A DNA stretch of 64,000 nt from Piromyces finnis finn. Taxonomy: Eukaryota; Fungi; Neocallimastigomycota. The stretch is taken from contig MCFH01000023.1 in assembly GCA_002104945.1 (NCBI GenBank), positions 690,362 to 754,361 on the forward strand, written 5' to 3'. Both the position numbers and the translations under genes were made by a program. Shown piece by piece: positions 1-12,201 of the stretch (its first letter is position 1; every line of letters starts with the position of its first letter). The notes under the pieces are model-generated. The model worked only from the letters and a program-made list of their open reading frames with translations, ran no database searches and was not told the origin of the DNA.

Positions 1-62
1 ATTTTTATATGTATACTATATATATTTATTTATTATGCCTATATTTTTATATTTAATATTAC

Positions 63-1011
63 TTTATCCTGTAACATTTTCTTTTCCATATTATATATAG
101 TCTTTTTATATTCTTCTTCATTATCAATAATTGTCTTTTTTAAAGTTTCAATTTCTGCTTCCATTTTTTTCTGTTATATAAAAATTATATTTATTTGCGT
201 TTTAATTTTTAAATTGAAAAGTAAACTTAATAATAGTTTATATATTATATTCAACTATTTACTTTATTTATTTTAAATTGGTTCAGTTCGTCCAATTCTG
301 ATTTATATTTTGTATTTTGAAAATTTAGATTTTCAACTACTACATCATGTTCTTGTTTTAATTTTTCTAATTCCATTCGTATATATTATCAATTAAATTA
401 TATAAAATAATTTAAAATTATTTGTAGTAAGCTATAATTTTTAAATATTAAAATTAATATTTTAATATTTGACATTTATAAATAAATAAAAAGGATATTT
501 CCATTTTCTTCTATCATGGATTTTTCTTCTTCTAATTCTTTTATTCGATCTGCAAGTTCGGTTATATGTTGTTCATGTTCAATTACTTTTACATTTAGAA
601 ATTCAACTATATCTTTTTTATTTTGACTCGATGCTGCTTGTGTTTCACCAAGTAATGAATTTTCATTTATTAATATTTCATTTTTTTGTTTACTATATAA
701 TAACAATAACAATAACAATAATAATAATTGAAAATATAAGAATAATACTATTAATAATATTATCATTAAATATATAATAAATCCTACTATTTTTCTATTT
801 TATCGGTTAATTCTTGTATTTTTGCTTCATATATCAGATTTTGAACAATAGCTCTACTTTCCTTGTCATCATCTGACAAAGATGTATATATTAATAATAG
901 AGATATTGTGTTAAGGATGACTTCAAAACAATTTTTAATTTTTATTTTAGGAATATATTAATATTTAAAAGGATATTTTTCAGTTAATTGATTTTTTTTA
1001 CGAGATGTCAT
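63..1011 (-). CDS. CFAP157: Cilia/flagella-associated coiled-coil protein, CFAP157-like (partial, multi-exon; continues beyond window position 1)
   Basis: Exon peptides read on the minus strand: 'YEAKIQELTDKI', 'QNKKDIVEFLNVKVIEHEQHITELADRIKEL' and 'NEEEYKKTIYNMEKKMLQDK|gt'. They resemble recalled CFAP157 segments (NNKKEIVAFL...ITDLNEQL; ENEFRDYAYNLEKKSVLDK). The start codon (candidate ATG 1011) and first exon are uncertain. Confidence 0.55.
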
Positions 1012-1258
1012 GTATATATTATATTTCTAATATTTATATTATTTATAGCTATTAAAAAATGTAAATTTACATAAAAATAATAATAATAATAAAAAAATAC
1101 TATATTATATATCAAAAATCCTTAGATTTATAATTTTCCTTTGAATTATATGAATGAAATTTTTCGATGATATTTTTACTTATTTAATTTTTAGAGTTTT
1201 TATACTTTTAATTATTTATAAGATTAATTATTTGTACAACATAGTAAAATATAAATTT

Positions 1259-1334
1259 ATATATAAAAGTAAATCAAGAAAAAGTGAAAAATAAAAAATA
1301 ATATATAAAAGTAAATCAAGAAAAAGTGAAAATA
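1259..1334. repeat. Direct duplication of about 31 bp (ATATAAAAGTAAATCAAGAAAAAGTGAAAA x2)
   Basis: Two copies seen at about 1259-1290 and 1303-1334. Confidence 0.85.
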
Positions 1335-1552
1335 ATATATAAATAATAAAAACAAAAAATAAACTAACTAAATATAATCTAATAACTAAATAAAAGCTAA
1401 TAGGAAAAATAATATATATATATTTTATATAATTTTATATATTTTTATTGCTTTATTTACATAAAATAGTTTTTAACATATAATTAATCATAGAAAATAA
1501 ATAATTAAAAATTTATACTATTTTAAATATTATATATATTTTATAAATATAT

Positions 1553-3637
1553 TTAATTTTGGTTTTCTTCATTTATAATAGCATTATCAACAACATTATA
1601 CCAATTTTTTACTTTATCCGAAAGATTATCGTCATCTGAAAATTCAATTAGATCATTAACAGTATCTTCACTGGGATAAGTTGGAATTGATTTTCTTGGA
1701 AGTGGTTCATCTAATGATAAGGAAATATTATTACTTAGTAATTCACTTATTGAACTAATTGAATTAGTTTTGCTTTTCTTAGTTTCATTTTCAATATTAA
1801 AATCGTCTTCAAAATTTATTAAGTTATTTTCAGTAAGATTAGAATTATTATTTTCAGTATTATTTTCGAATATATTATTATCGAAATCAATAAGAGGCTT
1901 GTCTTCGATTATATTATTAGAAATTTCATTGTTAAAATCAAGCAAGTCAATCAATGGTTGCTTTTCTTCTATTTTTTCATTTTCATTTTTAGAATAATCA
2001 CTTACTTCACTATTAATATCAATTAATGGCTGAGTTTCATTAGTTTCATTAGTACAGTAGTTATTTATTGAATCATCACCACTATTTCCATTTTCTATAT
2101 TTTCTTCAATATTATCAATAAATATCTTCTCTGGGGTTTTCTTTTCTTCAGCATCAACATATACAGTTTCAACATTTATTAATTGATCTTGTGGTAATAA
2201 TTCACTAGTAACTTTAGCTGGTTCTGGCATAATTGTAATTATTTTTGGAGTTTGAATACTATCACAAACAATAGTTTCGGTTTTAACTTCCAATAACTCA
2301 TCATATGGTAATAATTCTTTAGTATATGTGATTGGTTCGGGTAGAATGTGAATTAACTTTGGAATTTTCATTTCTGGCATATTAACAATACTGATTGTCA
2401 ATTCAATAGGTTCATCATTAGGTAATTGTTCCCTTGTAAAAACAAGGGAATCTGGAAGCTTTTCTTCAATAAAAATGTGTTTTGGTAATGATGGATTTAT
2501 TTTTTCAACATTAATTGTACTAATAAATAATGGTTCATCATTTGCTAAAACTTCAGTAGAATATTTAATTGGTTCTGGTAATGGCTCAATAATATTAGGA
2601 ACTAATGGCTTTATAGATTCAATTTTTTCATCTATTTGAGAGGTTTCTGAAGTGGTGTTTATTGATTCCTGAATTTTAACAACTTCTTCAGAAACAAGTG
2701 GACATTTTTCTAATGATTCAATTACATTTAAGGGTTTTGTTTGTGGTTTTGTTTGTACAACTTCTTTCTTTCTACTGTTACCATGTTCCCATGGTAAAGA
2801 ATAAGTAGTAGTTTTTTGAGTTGGTGCAATAACAGGTGAGGAAATTATAGGTGAGGATATAACAGGTATTGGACTTGATGGTTTATAATCAGAACTACCT
2901 AGTACTGGTGAACTAGAAGTATATAAACCATATGAGTTTCTTCTTGGTTCAAGAGATGGTGATGGGCATTTTTCGTAATAACAATAACCAGGTGGAGTGG
3001 CTGGACGAGGCATAAGTTGATCAACACTACTTAATTGAGAATCTGCGAAGAATTTTTGTCTTTCATTGAATACGTTCTTTCCAACAGTATTGGTTTCTTT
3101 CTTTCCAGCCAAATCAATAATTTTCTTTTTTAATAAAATAATATAAAAAAAATAGAGTTAACAATAAACAATGTACAAAGAAAGAATATTTATTAATTTT
3201 AAATTTGCTTACCTTTAAGGATTCCGACTTAGCAGATGAAACAGACCAATTATGGTCTGGTATAACAATTTTTTCATCAATTGTACTTCTTGTACTTTTT
3301 ATATTTGATGAAGAAACTACAGGCTTATTAAATGAAAGTTTGATTTTATCATTAGATGTTTTCTTTTTGCTAACGGAGTTGTTAATTAATGATTTTGGTT
3401 TTGGGATACCACCATCATTTTCAAGCTTTTGAAGGAAGAATTTACGTCTAGCCAAAAATTCCTCTTTACCAAAACTCTTTTTTTCTTCCTTTGGCTTACT
3501 AAGGATATTCTATATAACATATAAAAAAAGTGATTAATTTATTTGATGAATATAGAGATAAGCAATTTATTATTTTTATTTACTTTAAATGTGTTAGATT
3601 TTGGGGAGAATAAAGAATCGCTATTTTCTGAAGACAT
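1553..3637 (-). CDS. Unknown Pro/Glu/Asn-rich protein with about 38-aa internal repeats and C-terminal clathrin-box-like motifs (3 exons)
   Basis: ATG at 3637 (MSSENSDSLFSPKSNTFK|gt), exon 2 about 3509-3213 (NILSKPKEEKKSF...SLK|gtaagc), then the long exon containing ORF 1553..3112. The track's starts at 3112 and 3455 are TTG codons inside exons. Confidence 0.75.
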
Positions 3638-4794
3638 TTTCCTTTTATTCAATAATAAGAAATTATATTATATTTAATATTATATTTATAATACTTCAGT
3701 TGGTCTTTATAAATATAAACTTTTTATATAGAATATTGAATTTGTTTTAAAATAAATTTTTTTTTTGATAATATATGCTATTTTGAAACTTTCCCGTTTG
3801 AAAGTTATGAAATAATGAAGGTAATGACAATAAATAAAAAGAAAACGCCTTTTATATAAAATATTAAATAAAAATTATGAATGGGGATATATAATTTTTA
3901 TTTAATATTTTTACTAAAATCTTCTCTTTAAACTTTCAATAATTATGTTTTTTTTTTCTGTTATTTTTTTTTTTTTTTTTTATAATAATAAATTTGATTT
4001 TTTTAATATTAATCTATATATATATATATAATTAATATAAAATGTAATAAGTAAAAAATTATAAATTTATCTGAATAATAATAATATTAAAGTACTATAA
4101 TAATTACCAAATTTTACACTTTAAGAAGTGTTAGATAATAGAATTGTATAAGTATGTCTTATTTTTATTAAATTGATTAATTATATGTTAATTTTTTTAA
4201 TGAAAATTAAAAAAAAAAAAAAAAAGGGAATTTTTTTTTCTTTTATTTAATGAAATCTTTCTTTTTCTTTTATTAATATTACAACAGATTTAGAAATTGA
4301 AATTATTTCAATTATAAGAGTAGTACCAATCTTTATATTTTCTTTAATTATGATTTTAATAACTTAAAAATAGTAAAAGTTTTTAGTAATTGTATAGTGA
4401 TTAAAATAGACATTTAATATAATTGATAGTTGTGATTTAATAATTAATGAAATTTAAAACTAAATAATGAAATAGATTTTTAAGATTATTATATCAATCA
4501 AATAATATTTTGAATAGTGCTAAAAAAGAATTTAGAAAATAAAAAGTAAAGAATATATTATTGATTTACCATTAACCAATAAATTTATATATTTAATTTA
4601 TAATTTTACACAGAATTATATATAGAAATAATTATATTTATGCTTAATTAATTAATTGTTTATATTAACATCCACATTTTTATAAATATATTAATTTCTT
4701 TTTTTAGGTTTTTGAACTATTTTTTAAAATTTTATTTTATATAAATCTTATGGTTTTTAATGTATATTGTTAAAACTTTATTCAAAAATTTATT

Positions 4795-7770
4795 TTAATA
4801 GGTAAAGAATAAATTACTAGAATAAATTAAATTATGTATATATGGTAAGAAGAATAATGAATAGTTTTTTTCTTCTTCATACTTGAATTTGATGGCTTCT
4901 GTTTTCTAAAAGTTTTTATTGATATATAAGGTTTTTATATTAAGTATATTTTTATATTATTATATATAATATTATTAATAGAATATACCTTTAATTTGTC
5001 AGATTCAAATATTTTTGAAATCTGGGTAATTTGTTCCATAATTTCATTTGAAGATGGCAAATTTTCAGCAAAAACAATTCTATTCTCGAAAAAGTCTATT
5101 GTCTGTATTTTAATATCATTAATTTTCTTATTCTATTATTTTTATTTATTATATATTGAACTTACATAGATGATATTATCAATAGGTTTCTTGAACCTTT
5201 CAATTTCTTTTAAATTGTTTATTGTATCTTTACTACGCATAACTGAATATATTAAGTGAAGATTAGTTTTTAATGAATTAATAATACATGAATTAATAAT
5301 TTCTAATAATAGCATTATTAAGTCTTCATTTATTTTTAACTCCATATCCTGAAAATATATAATATATATAATTAATATAATATATTTATATATGAATTTT
5401 ATATTTCTTCTAAGAAAAAATTGAGCTGTTACATCTTTATTATAAATTTCATCTTTCATTATTTTGAAATATAATTTTTGAACCATATCTAATAAACTTT
5501 ATTAAATATATATTATATTATGTATAAAAAAAGAATAATTAATATTTTTGTATAACAATTATAGAATTATTATTTATATAATTATTTACTTTATTAATTT
5601 CTGGGAAACATAATAATGAATATTGTCCATTTTTGATGCTAAGTTTGCAATAATAGCAAGACAATTAGAAAGAAGATATATATCCTATTAAGTAAATATT
5701 TTGATTTTGATATGATAATTTAAAAAAAGAATAAGTATTAGGACAATAAAAAAATTTTTATTTTAAAAGTAATAGTTTAACATACTTTAAATTTTCCTAT
5801 ATTAATATTAATGATTTTTATTAATATTAATAATATAAAGTTACTTAGGGTAACTTTCTTTAAGTTATTGCTATTTTCAATAAACCAAGATGGGTGATTT
5901 ATTTCCTAGAAAAAACAATTTATATGGATAATGATTTTTACAAAAATGATTACAAAAAAAATAATATAAATATCAAACCTTGTAATTAATAACTTAATAT
6001 ATATATTTATATTATTACAATTTGTTGAAGTGTTTCGATATATATTTCATCTTGGCTCATTATTAATAGAGTTATCAAAATAGTATATATTTTATCAAAA
6101 TTTATTTTATTTTTAAATGACATATATAGTGATTGCAACATAGGAAGTAACTTAATAATTATATTAATAGAAAACTTTTAATTTTTCTTTTTTCTTTTTT
6201 CTTTTTTTTTTAAATAGAATTAATATATAGTAATAAAATTTTTACTAATAATTCTGGGTCAAACTTGGATAATGTGAACGAATGGAAAGCATCATTTTGA
6301 GATATCAATTGATATAATAATAAACATATTTCTTCATTATCATATATTTTCCTATTAATTATATATATATATATTTTTTTTTAAAAAAGGATTATCAATA
6401 TTTTGTTTTTATTTATCGACTATTATTATTATTAATTTCTTAAATTACTCATGTATTAATGTATATAGAGATTGGAAAGAAATTTTTAAATCATAGAATT
6501 CGCTTAATTCTAAATAAATAATTAATATATTTATTATATATACAATTTTAAATAAGCAATTTTAAATATATATTGAATATTATAACAATACCTTGATTAT
6601 TTGATATGTCGTTTATTAAATTTGAAAGCTTTTTTTTTATTAATTGGTTTGGTTGATTAGTTAATATTAAAAATATATATAAGCTTTTTCTTGAAATAGG
6701 TGATAAATTTGTTGAATTTTTTCTTAATACTTTTGCAAATAAACTTTCTTTCTGATCATCGACATTTATTAAATTTAATAATAGCTTTGTAATAATTTTT
6801 CCTGAAAGATTTTCATTATCATTTTCACTATTTTAATTATTTTAATGAATTATTTTTAGTATTATAAATTAATAATAAGAAGAAATAAGAGCAATAAATA
6901 ATATTATAAAAGGTACCTCAGAACATTAAATAGAGTTATTAGTAAAAGATTATCGCTTTTATTAATATCATGATGAAAATGTGTGATAGAGAATGTTATT
7001 AAAGTATTCAATATTTCTTCATAAAAGTCTATATTTCTTTCATTACTATTAATGGAAATAATTAATATATTGGGTTTAAAGTCTTTTAAATTTCTCTAAA
7101 TAATTAATCTTTTATTACTTAAGTGGAAGATAAATCAACGCATAAAATAGTTCTGTTACCAATGATTCTATGTTGGATTTTTTATCTAATATCATAAAGG
7201 ATTAATTTTCTTTAATTCTATACAATAAAATCATATATTTAAACACAATACCATTAATAACATTTTCATTTAAATAGAGGTTTAAATTGTTTTTTTCGTT
7301 ATTAGCTTCATCAGTATGGGTATCTTGAATAATTTCAGAAGGTTCTTTTAATATAAAAAAATTTTTATTTATATATATTCTAATTTAGGTATAATATTAA
7401 ATCAATTTCAGAATCGTTATAAATAAACATATACCATAGTTATCAAAAAGTACTTTAATTTTGTCTGATGATATATTCTCAATAAAATATTTTGATAATA
7501 ATTTAATAATGTATAATGCATTTCTTGTTGCTAAACTAATTTCTCTTTTTAAAAATTTAGAAAGTTAGAATAAATTAATTATGGAAAACTAATATACATT
7601 TTATAATTTTAAATAATTTATTAATTTACTTTCTGTATTCATTTATTCTTGCAGTATTTAATTCAGATATCATAAATAATATCAATCTTGTGAAATTTCT
7701 TGAGGAATTGTTATTTTTTTCTATATCCAATTTCAAAATTAAAAGTAAATAAATATATGTAGAGGTATAA

Positions 7771-7801
<31 letters not shown>

Positions 7802-8504
7802 TTTTGTATTATATAAATAAAGTAATAAATATACCCATTTCTGCACCAATGAAGTTTATTATAACATTTACATCAAATGATGCTTGTCTTATAAATATAT
7901 AATTATTAAAATTTATATTAATATATTATATATATAAATCTTTTATTAATTAACATTTTGTATACTTTGAATTAATAATAGGTATTTTCTCTTTTTTCAA
8001 TAGTTTATTCCAAATATCATGGTTTGGATAATATCTATAGGCTGAGCTTAAATACATAAGACTCTCTATTAAATTTAGAGAATAAAAATCTTTTGAAGAT
8101 TTGTATGTTTTTAGTAATGTGTTCATTGCTTCTTTATAATTTGAATTAAAGGCATTAGGTTGATTAGAATTTCCAATTTCGGAATTAGAATTTACTTTTT
8201 TTTTTATTTTTTAATGTTGTTTGAAAAAAGAAATAATTGTATTATTATTATTTTTTTTTAGAATATATTAAAAAATAATAAATAAAAACAGTTTAATTAT
8301 TTCCAAGAAAAATACTATTTAGTGATAACATTGAAATTACATAATTTACTATGATTAATGGTTTATTATACCTGTTTTATTTATTGAATTATTATCAGGA
8401 TTTTCTTCACAATGTTTTTCATTATTATCATTATCTTTTGTTATACTAATAACATTATTATTCGGTTCATTTTCTCCTTGGAGTATAGATTGCTCTTGAC
8501 CCAT
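4795..8504 (-). CDS. DYM: Dymeclin (Golgi-associated, Dymeclin/Hid1 family), multi-exon
   Basis: Starts MGQEQS (Gly2). Exon 'RNALYIIKLLSKYFIENIS' matches recalled 'HNALFIICCLLKVFICQMS'. ORF 5142..5486 contains 'EDLIMLLLEIINSCIINSLKTNLHLIYSVM' (cf. [30 protein letters not shown]). The last exon reads 'KFKYEEEKNYSLFFLPYI...*' (cf. KFKYVEEEQPEEFFIPYV). Confidence 0.85.
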
Positions 8505-8889
8505 TTTTATTACTAACTACTTTTTATTTTTTTTTTTTTTTTACTACTATTTACCACAACACTTTTTTATTTTATTTATTTCTTTTATATAACTTTATTT
8601 ATTGTACTAAATATGTATTATAAATGGTATACAGAAATTAATATATTACTAATTAATTTAATAAAAAAAGTTAAAAAAAAAAACAAATTTTTAAAAAATA
8701 TTAATATTTTTTCTAATATTATTAAAATTACAAAAAAAAAAAAAAAAAGATAGTAATAACAATCTATTTTAATTAATCGGTAAAATTTTCCTTTTTAATG
8801 CATAAAAATATTAATAGACATTATCTCTTTTTATCTACTTTTTTTTAATATTTATTAAATAAAAAATACTAATCTTTTTTTTTTATAAT

Positions 8890-10707
8890 TTAAACATTTG
8901 GCCGCCCATCCCGATTTTCACTATAAATATTTTGAAAATTTCCTTGATTATTCATATTTGGTATTTGAGTAGATATATTATAATATTGTTGTTGATATTG
9001 AGCTTGCGGCATTTGTTTAATTTCTTGAAATTGTGGATTAATTATATCATTAGTATAAGCTGGTATTGCACCAATACTATTAGTTTGTGTAGCATATACT
9101 GTTTGAATTTGAGGGTTAGTTACTGCAATAAATTGAGATTTCCCTCCAATATTATTTGATATATTTGCAGTAGCATATGTAATGGTACCCGGTGGAGAAC
9201 TTTGCGTATTAGGATTTTGTAAATTATTCATCATTGGATTAGCTACATTCTGGGTATTTGTAGGTTGCATTGGTGGTGACATTTGTGTTCCAATTTGAGG
9301 TTGTTGTATATTTATATTTTGGGTTGTCATTTGAGCTTGAATTGGTTGTTGAATTTGTATAGGTGGTTGGATTTGAGCCTGAATAGTGTTTTGAATTGGT
9401 TGTGTCGTAGCTTGGATTTGTAGTGGTAGAGTTGTATTTGGTTGCTGAACATTTAATATAATTGGTGGACTTGATTGAACTGATGGTTGTTGTATATGCA
9501 TTTGACTCATACCTTGAGTTAATTTATAGTCATAAGGATTATAAATTTGGGTAGTAACTGGTTTTTGAAATTCATATTCATAGATTCTAGTTGGTTGTTG
9601 TATATTACCATATTCATTAATACTTGAAATTGAACTACCTCTTGATAAGTTACTAGATATATTACTGGAAGATAAAGAATTAGAAGACCAACTGTACACT
9701 GACAAATTGGTGCTTGAAGTAGATGCAGAACTACATGCAGAATAAGCTAAAGAACCTGAATTACTACTACTGTATAATGGATCATCAAATGTAGTTTGTA
9801 ATGGATTAATCATAGCATAGGAATTCATATTTTGAGTTCCTTGAGCTAATGTATTAATAATACTCTGTTCTTGGGAAGGAGAACTAATATTATCAATCCA
9901 TTGTCTGATATTCTCATGATTTTTATCTTGGTGTGGAGGATTATCAAATTCATGTTTTAATGGATGATTTTCCTCGAATTTTTTGTTTTCTTCATTTAAC
10001 TTTTTCTTTCTACGATTCTTTGAAGCCCTTGGAGTATATTTATATCCTGGATTAGCTAACATATGTCTTTTTGCTTCTTCTTTAGCTCTTTGGTGGTAAA
10101 TTTCTTTAACTTCTGGAGGTTCCTCTCTCCACATTTTTGCAATGATTTTTGAAATATCATTATTAGCTATACCAGGATTTTTTGCAGAAATAAGTTGATG
10201 TTTTTCACGTCTATATATAATGAAACAATTTTGAGGCCTTGGGATCTTAGATGGATTTCTACTTCTTTTCTTTTTTGTATTTGCTGTTAATGGGATTTCT
10301 GGATAACTTGTTTGTGTTGGATTTATTCCGTCAGTACTACTTGTGGTAATATTAGAGTTTTCATTATTTAATCCTATATCATTTTCCACATCCTTTCCTT
10401 TTCCTGTTGATGTAATATTTTGTAAATTGTTTGTTGCTAAATTTTCATTATTTGAAATATTAAATGTAGTTGCCATACTATCATTTGGTTTTTGATAAAA
10501 TGTGTATGATTCCCCAATATTATCCAATGAATTTGGTAAAACAGTTGATATCTTTATATCATCAATTAAATTTGTGGTTTTTGGAATAGTTGATTGAACT
10601 TGTTGATTTATATACTTTTGATTATATAAATCATTTTGATTATTTTGACTAATTGTTGTTGGTGTGGTTGCTGTTGTATTAATATTATTTACTGCATTAG
10701 AGGACAT
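8890..10707 (-). CDS. HMG-box transcription factor, MATA_HMG/SOX-like class (intronless, 605 aa)
   Basis: 'KIPRPQNCFIIYRREKH...NNDISKIIAKMWREEPPEVKEIYHQRAKEEAKRHMLANPGYKYTPR' is a sequence-specific HMG box with a basic tail. It is flanked by Ser-rich and Gln/Pro-rich low-complexity regions. Confidence 0.9.
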   Translation of the reverse strand: MSSNAVNNINTTATTPTTISQNNQNDLYNQKYINQQVQSTIPKTTNLIDDIKISTVLPNSLDNIGESYTFYQKPNDSMATTFNISNNENLATNNLQNITSTGKGKDVENDIGLNNENSNITTSSTDGINPTQTSYPEIPLTANTKKKRSRNPSKIPRPQNCFIIYRREKHQLISAKNPGIANNDISKIIAKMWREEPPEVKEIYHQRAKEEAKRHMLANPGYKYTPRASKNRRKKKLNEENKKFEENHPLKHEFDNPPHQDKNHENIRQWIDNISSPSQEQSIINTLAQGTQNMNSYAMINPLQTTFDDPLYSSSNSGSLAYSACSSASTSSTNLSVYSWSSNSLSSSNISSNLSRGSSISSINEYGNIQQPTRIYEYEFQKPVTTQIYNPYDYKLTQGMSQMHIQQPSVQSSPPIILNVQQPNTTLPLQIQATTQPIQNTIQAQIQPPIQIQQPIQAQMTTQNINIQQPQIGTQMSPPMQPTNTQNVANPMMNNLQNPNTQSSPPGTITYATANISNNIGGKSQFIAVTNPQIQTVYATQTNSIGAIPAYTNDIINPQFQEIKQMPQAQYQQQYYNISTQIPNMNNQGNFQNIYSENRDGRPNV

Positions 10708-11653
10708 TTTGATAGTTTTTCCTCTTTTTTATTTTATTTTTATTTTTTTTAATTTGTTTAAATTATATCTATTATTATTATATAGATTATATATTAAAAT
10801 AATATATAATATATTTGCTTCAATTTTAAAGTCTTTTAAATTAATTTATATTTAATATATCTATTACAACATTAAAACTTATTAAAGATAAATAGAAAAT
10901 TAAAGTTTTATTTTTACAAAAATAAAAAAGAATAATTTTTTTTTTCTTTTTCTTTTTTTTTTTTTTTTTTAAAAAAAAAAAGATCGTATGAATAAAAATT
11001 AATAGTAATTAAATATTAATAGAACTTATAGAAAATAATATACATAATTACAATTATTGTGATAATAATTATTAAGTATTTAATATATAATAAATATAAA
11101 AAATGGAGGCAATAAAAAATAATGAACTAATAAAAGTTACTTTTAAAATTAACTGCTTAAATTTAAAGTTCAAAAATTCTTTATTTCAAATATAAAATTT
11201 AAATAATTTATTTTAATAATTCATCAAATCATATTATGAAAAAAAATTTATATTGAATATTATTAAATAAAAAAAATAAAAGTCTTACATTTTCATGTTA
11301 ATTAAATCTTAATTATTAAGTTAATTGGTATAATTATAAAGATAATTCCTTTTATTTAATTAAAATTTTTAATTCTATTCAATTATATAAAATCTTTGAT
11401 TTTTAATGTTAATAGACATTTTATGTATAAACGAATAAGTGATAATAAACTTTTAAAAAAAAATTTATAATTAATATTCCTTATTATTCATTTATATTTA
11501 ATGAATGAAATTCAATACATTTTTTTTTTTTTCATTTAATTTAATTTTAGGATTTTAAGTTAAACTTATATTTTTTGATAATCTAAAAAATAAAATAGAA
11601 TCTACAATAAATTTTTGTGCTAAGTAATGAAAAATATAAAATAATTAGTATAT

Positions 11654-11699
<46 letters not shown>

Positions 11700-12201
11700 T
11701 TATTATAATTTATTTAAACTTTTTTTTAGTAGTAATAATAATGGAATAGTTTATATTTTGTGTTTTTTTTTTTTCTTAATAATTATTATTTGTTTTGATT
11801 ATATTTTATAGTTTCTTGTTATATTTATTTTTATTAAATAACGGATATAACAATAATATTGATCAATAATAATAATAAAAAACAAAAAACGAAAATAAAA
11901 TAACTGATAATAACTGGTACGGAGTTTGCTTATATATATTATTCATAAAATATTATTGTTAATATTTTTTAATTGTTATAAAATAATTAAAAAATGAACA
12001 TATTATTTATATTTGCTATTGCATTAATTATATTTTAATGTTGAGTTTTCATTATAATAAATAAAACCATTTATAATATTTTTTACAAAAATTAATTTTT
12101 TATGCTATTTTAACATTATTTATTATTATTATTTTTTTGATATTCCCCAAAATATAATTTTTATTATAAAGGTCTTTTTCTACTCTTTTATCATTAACCT
12201 A

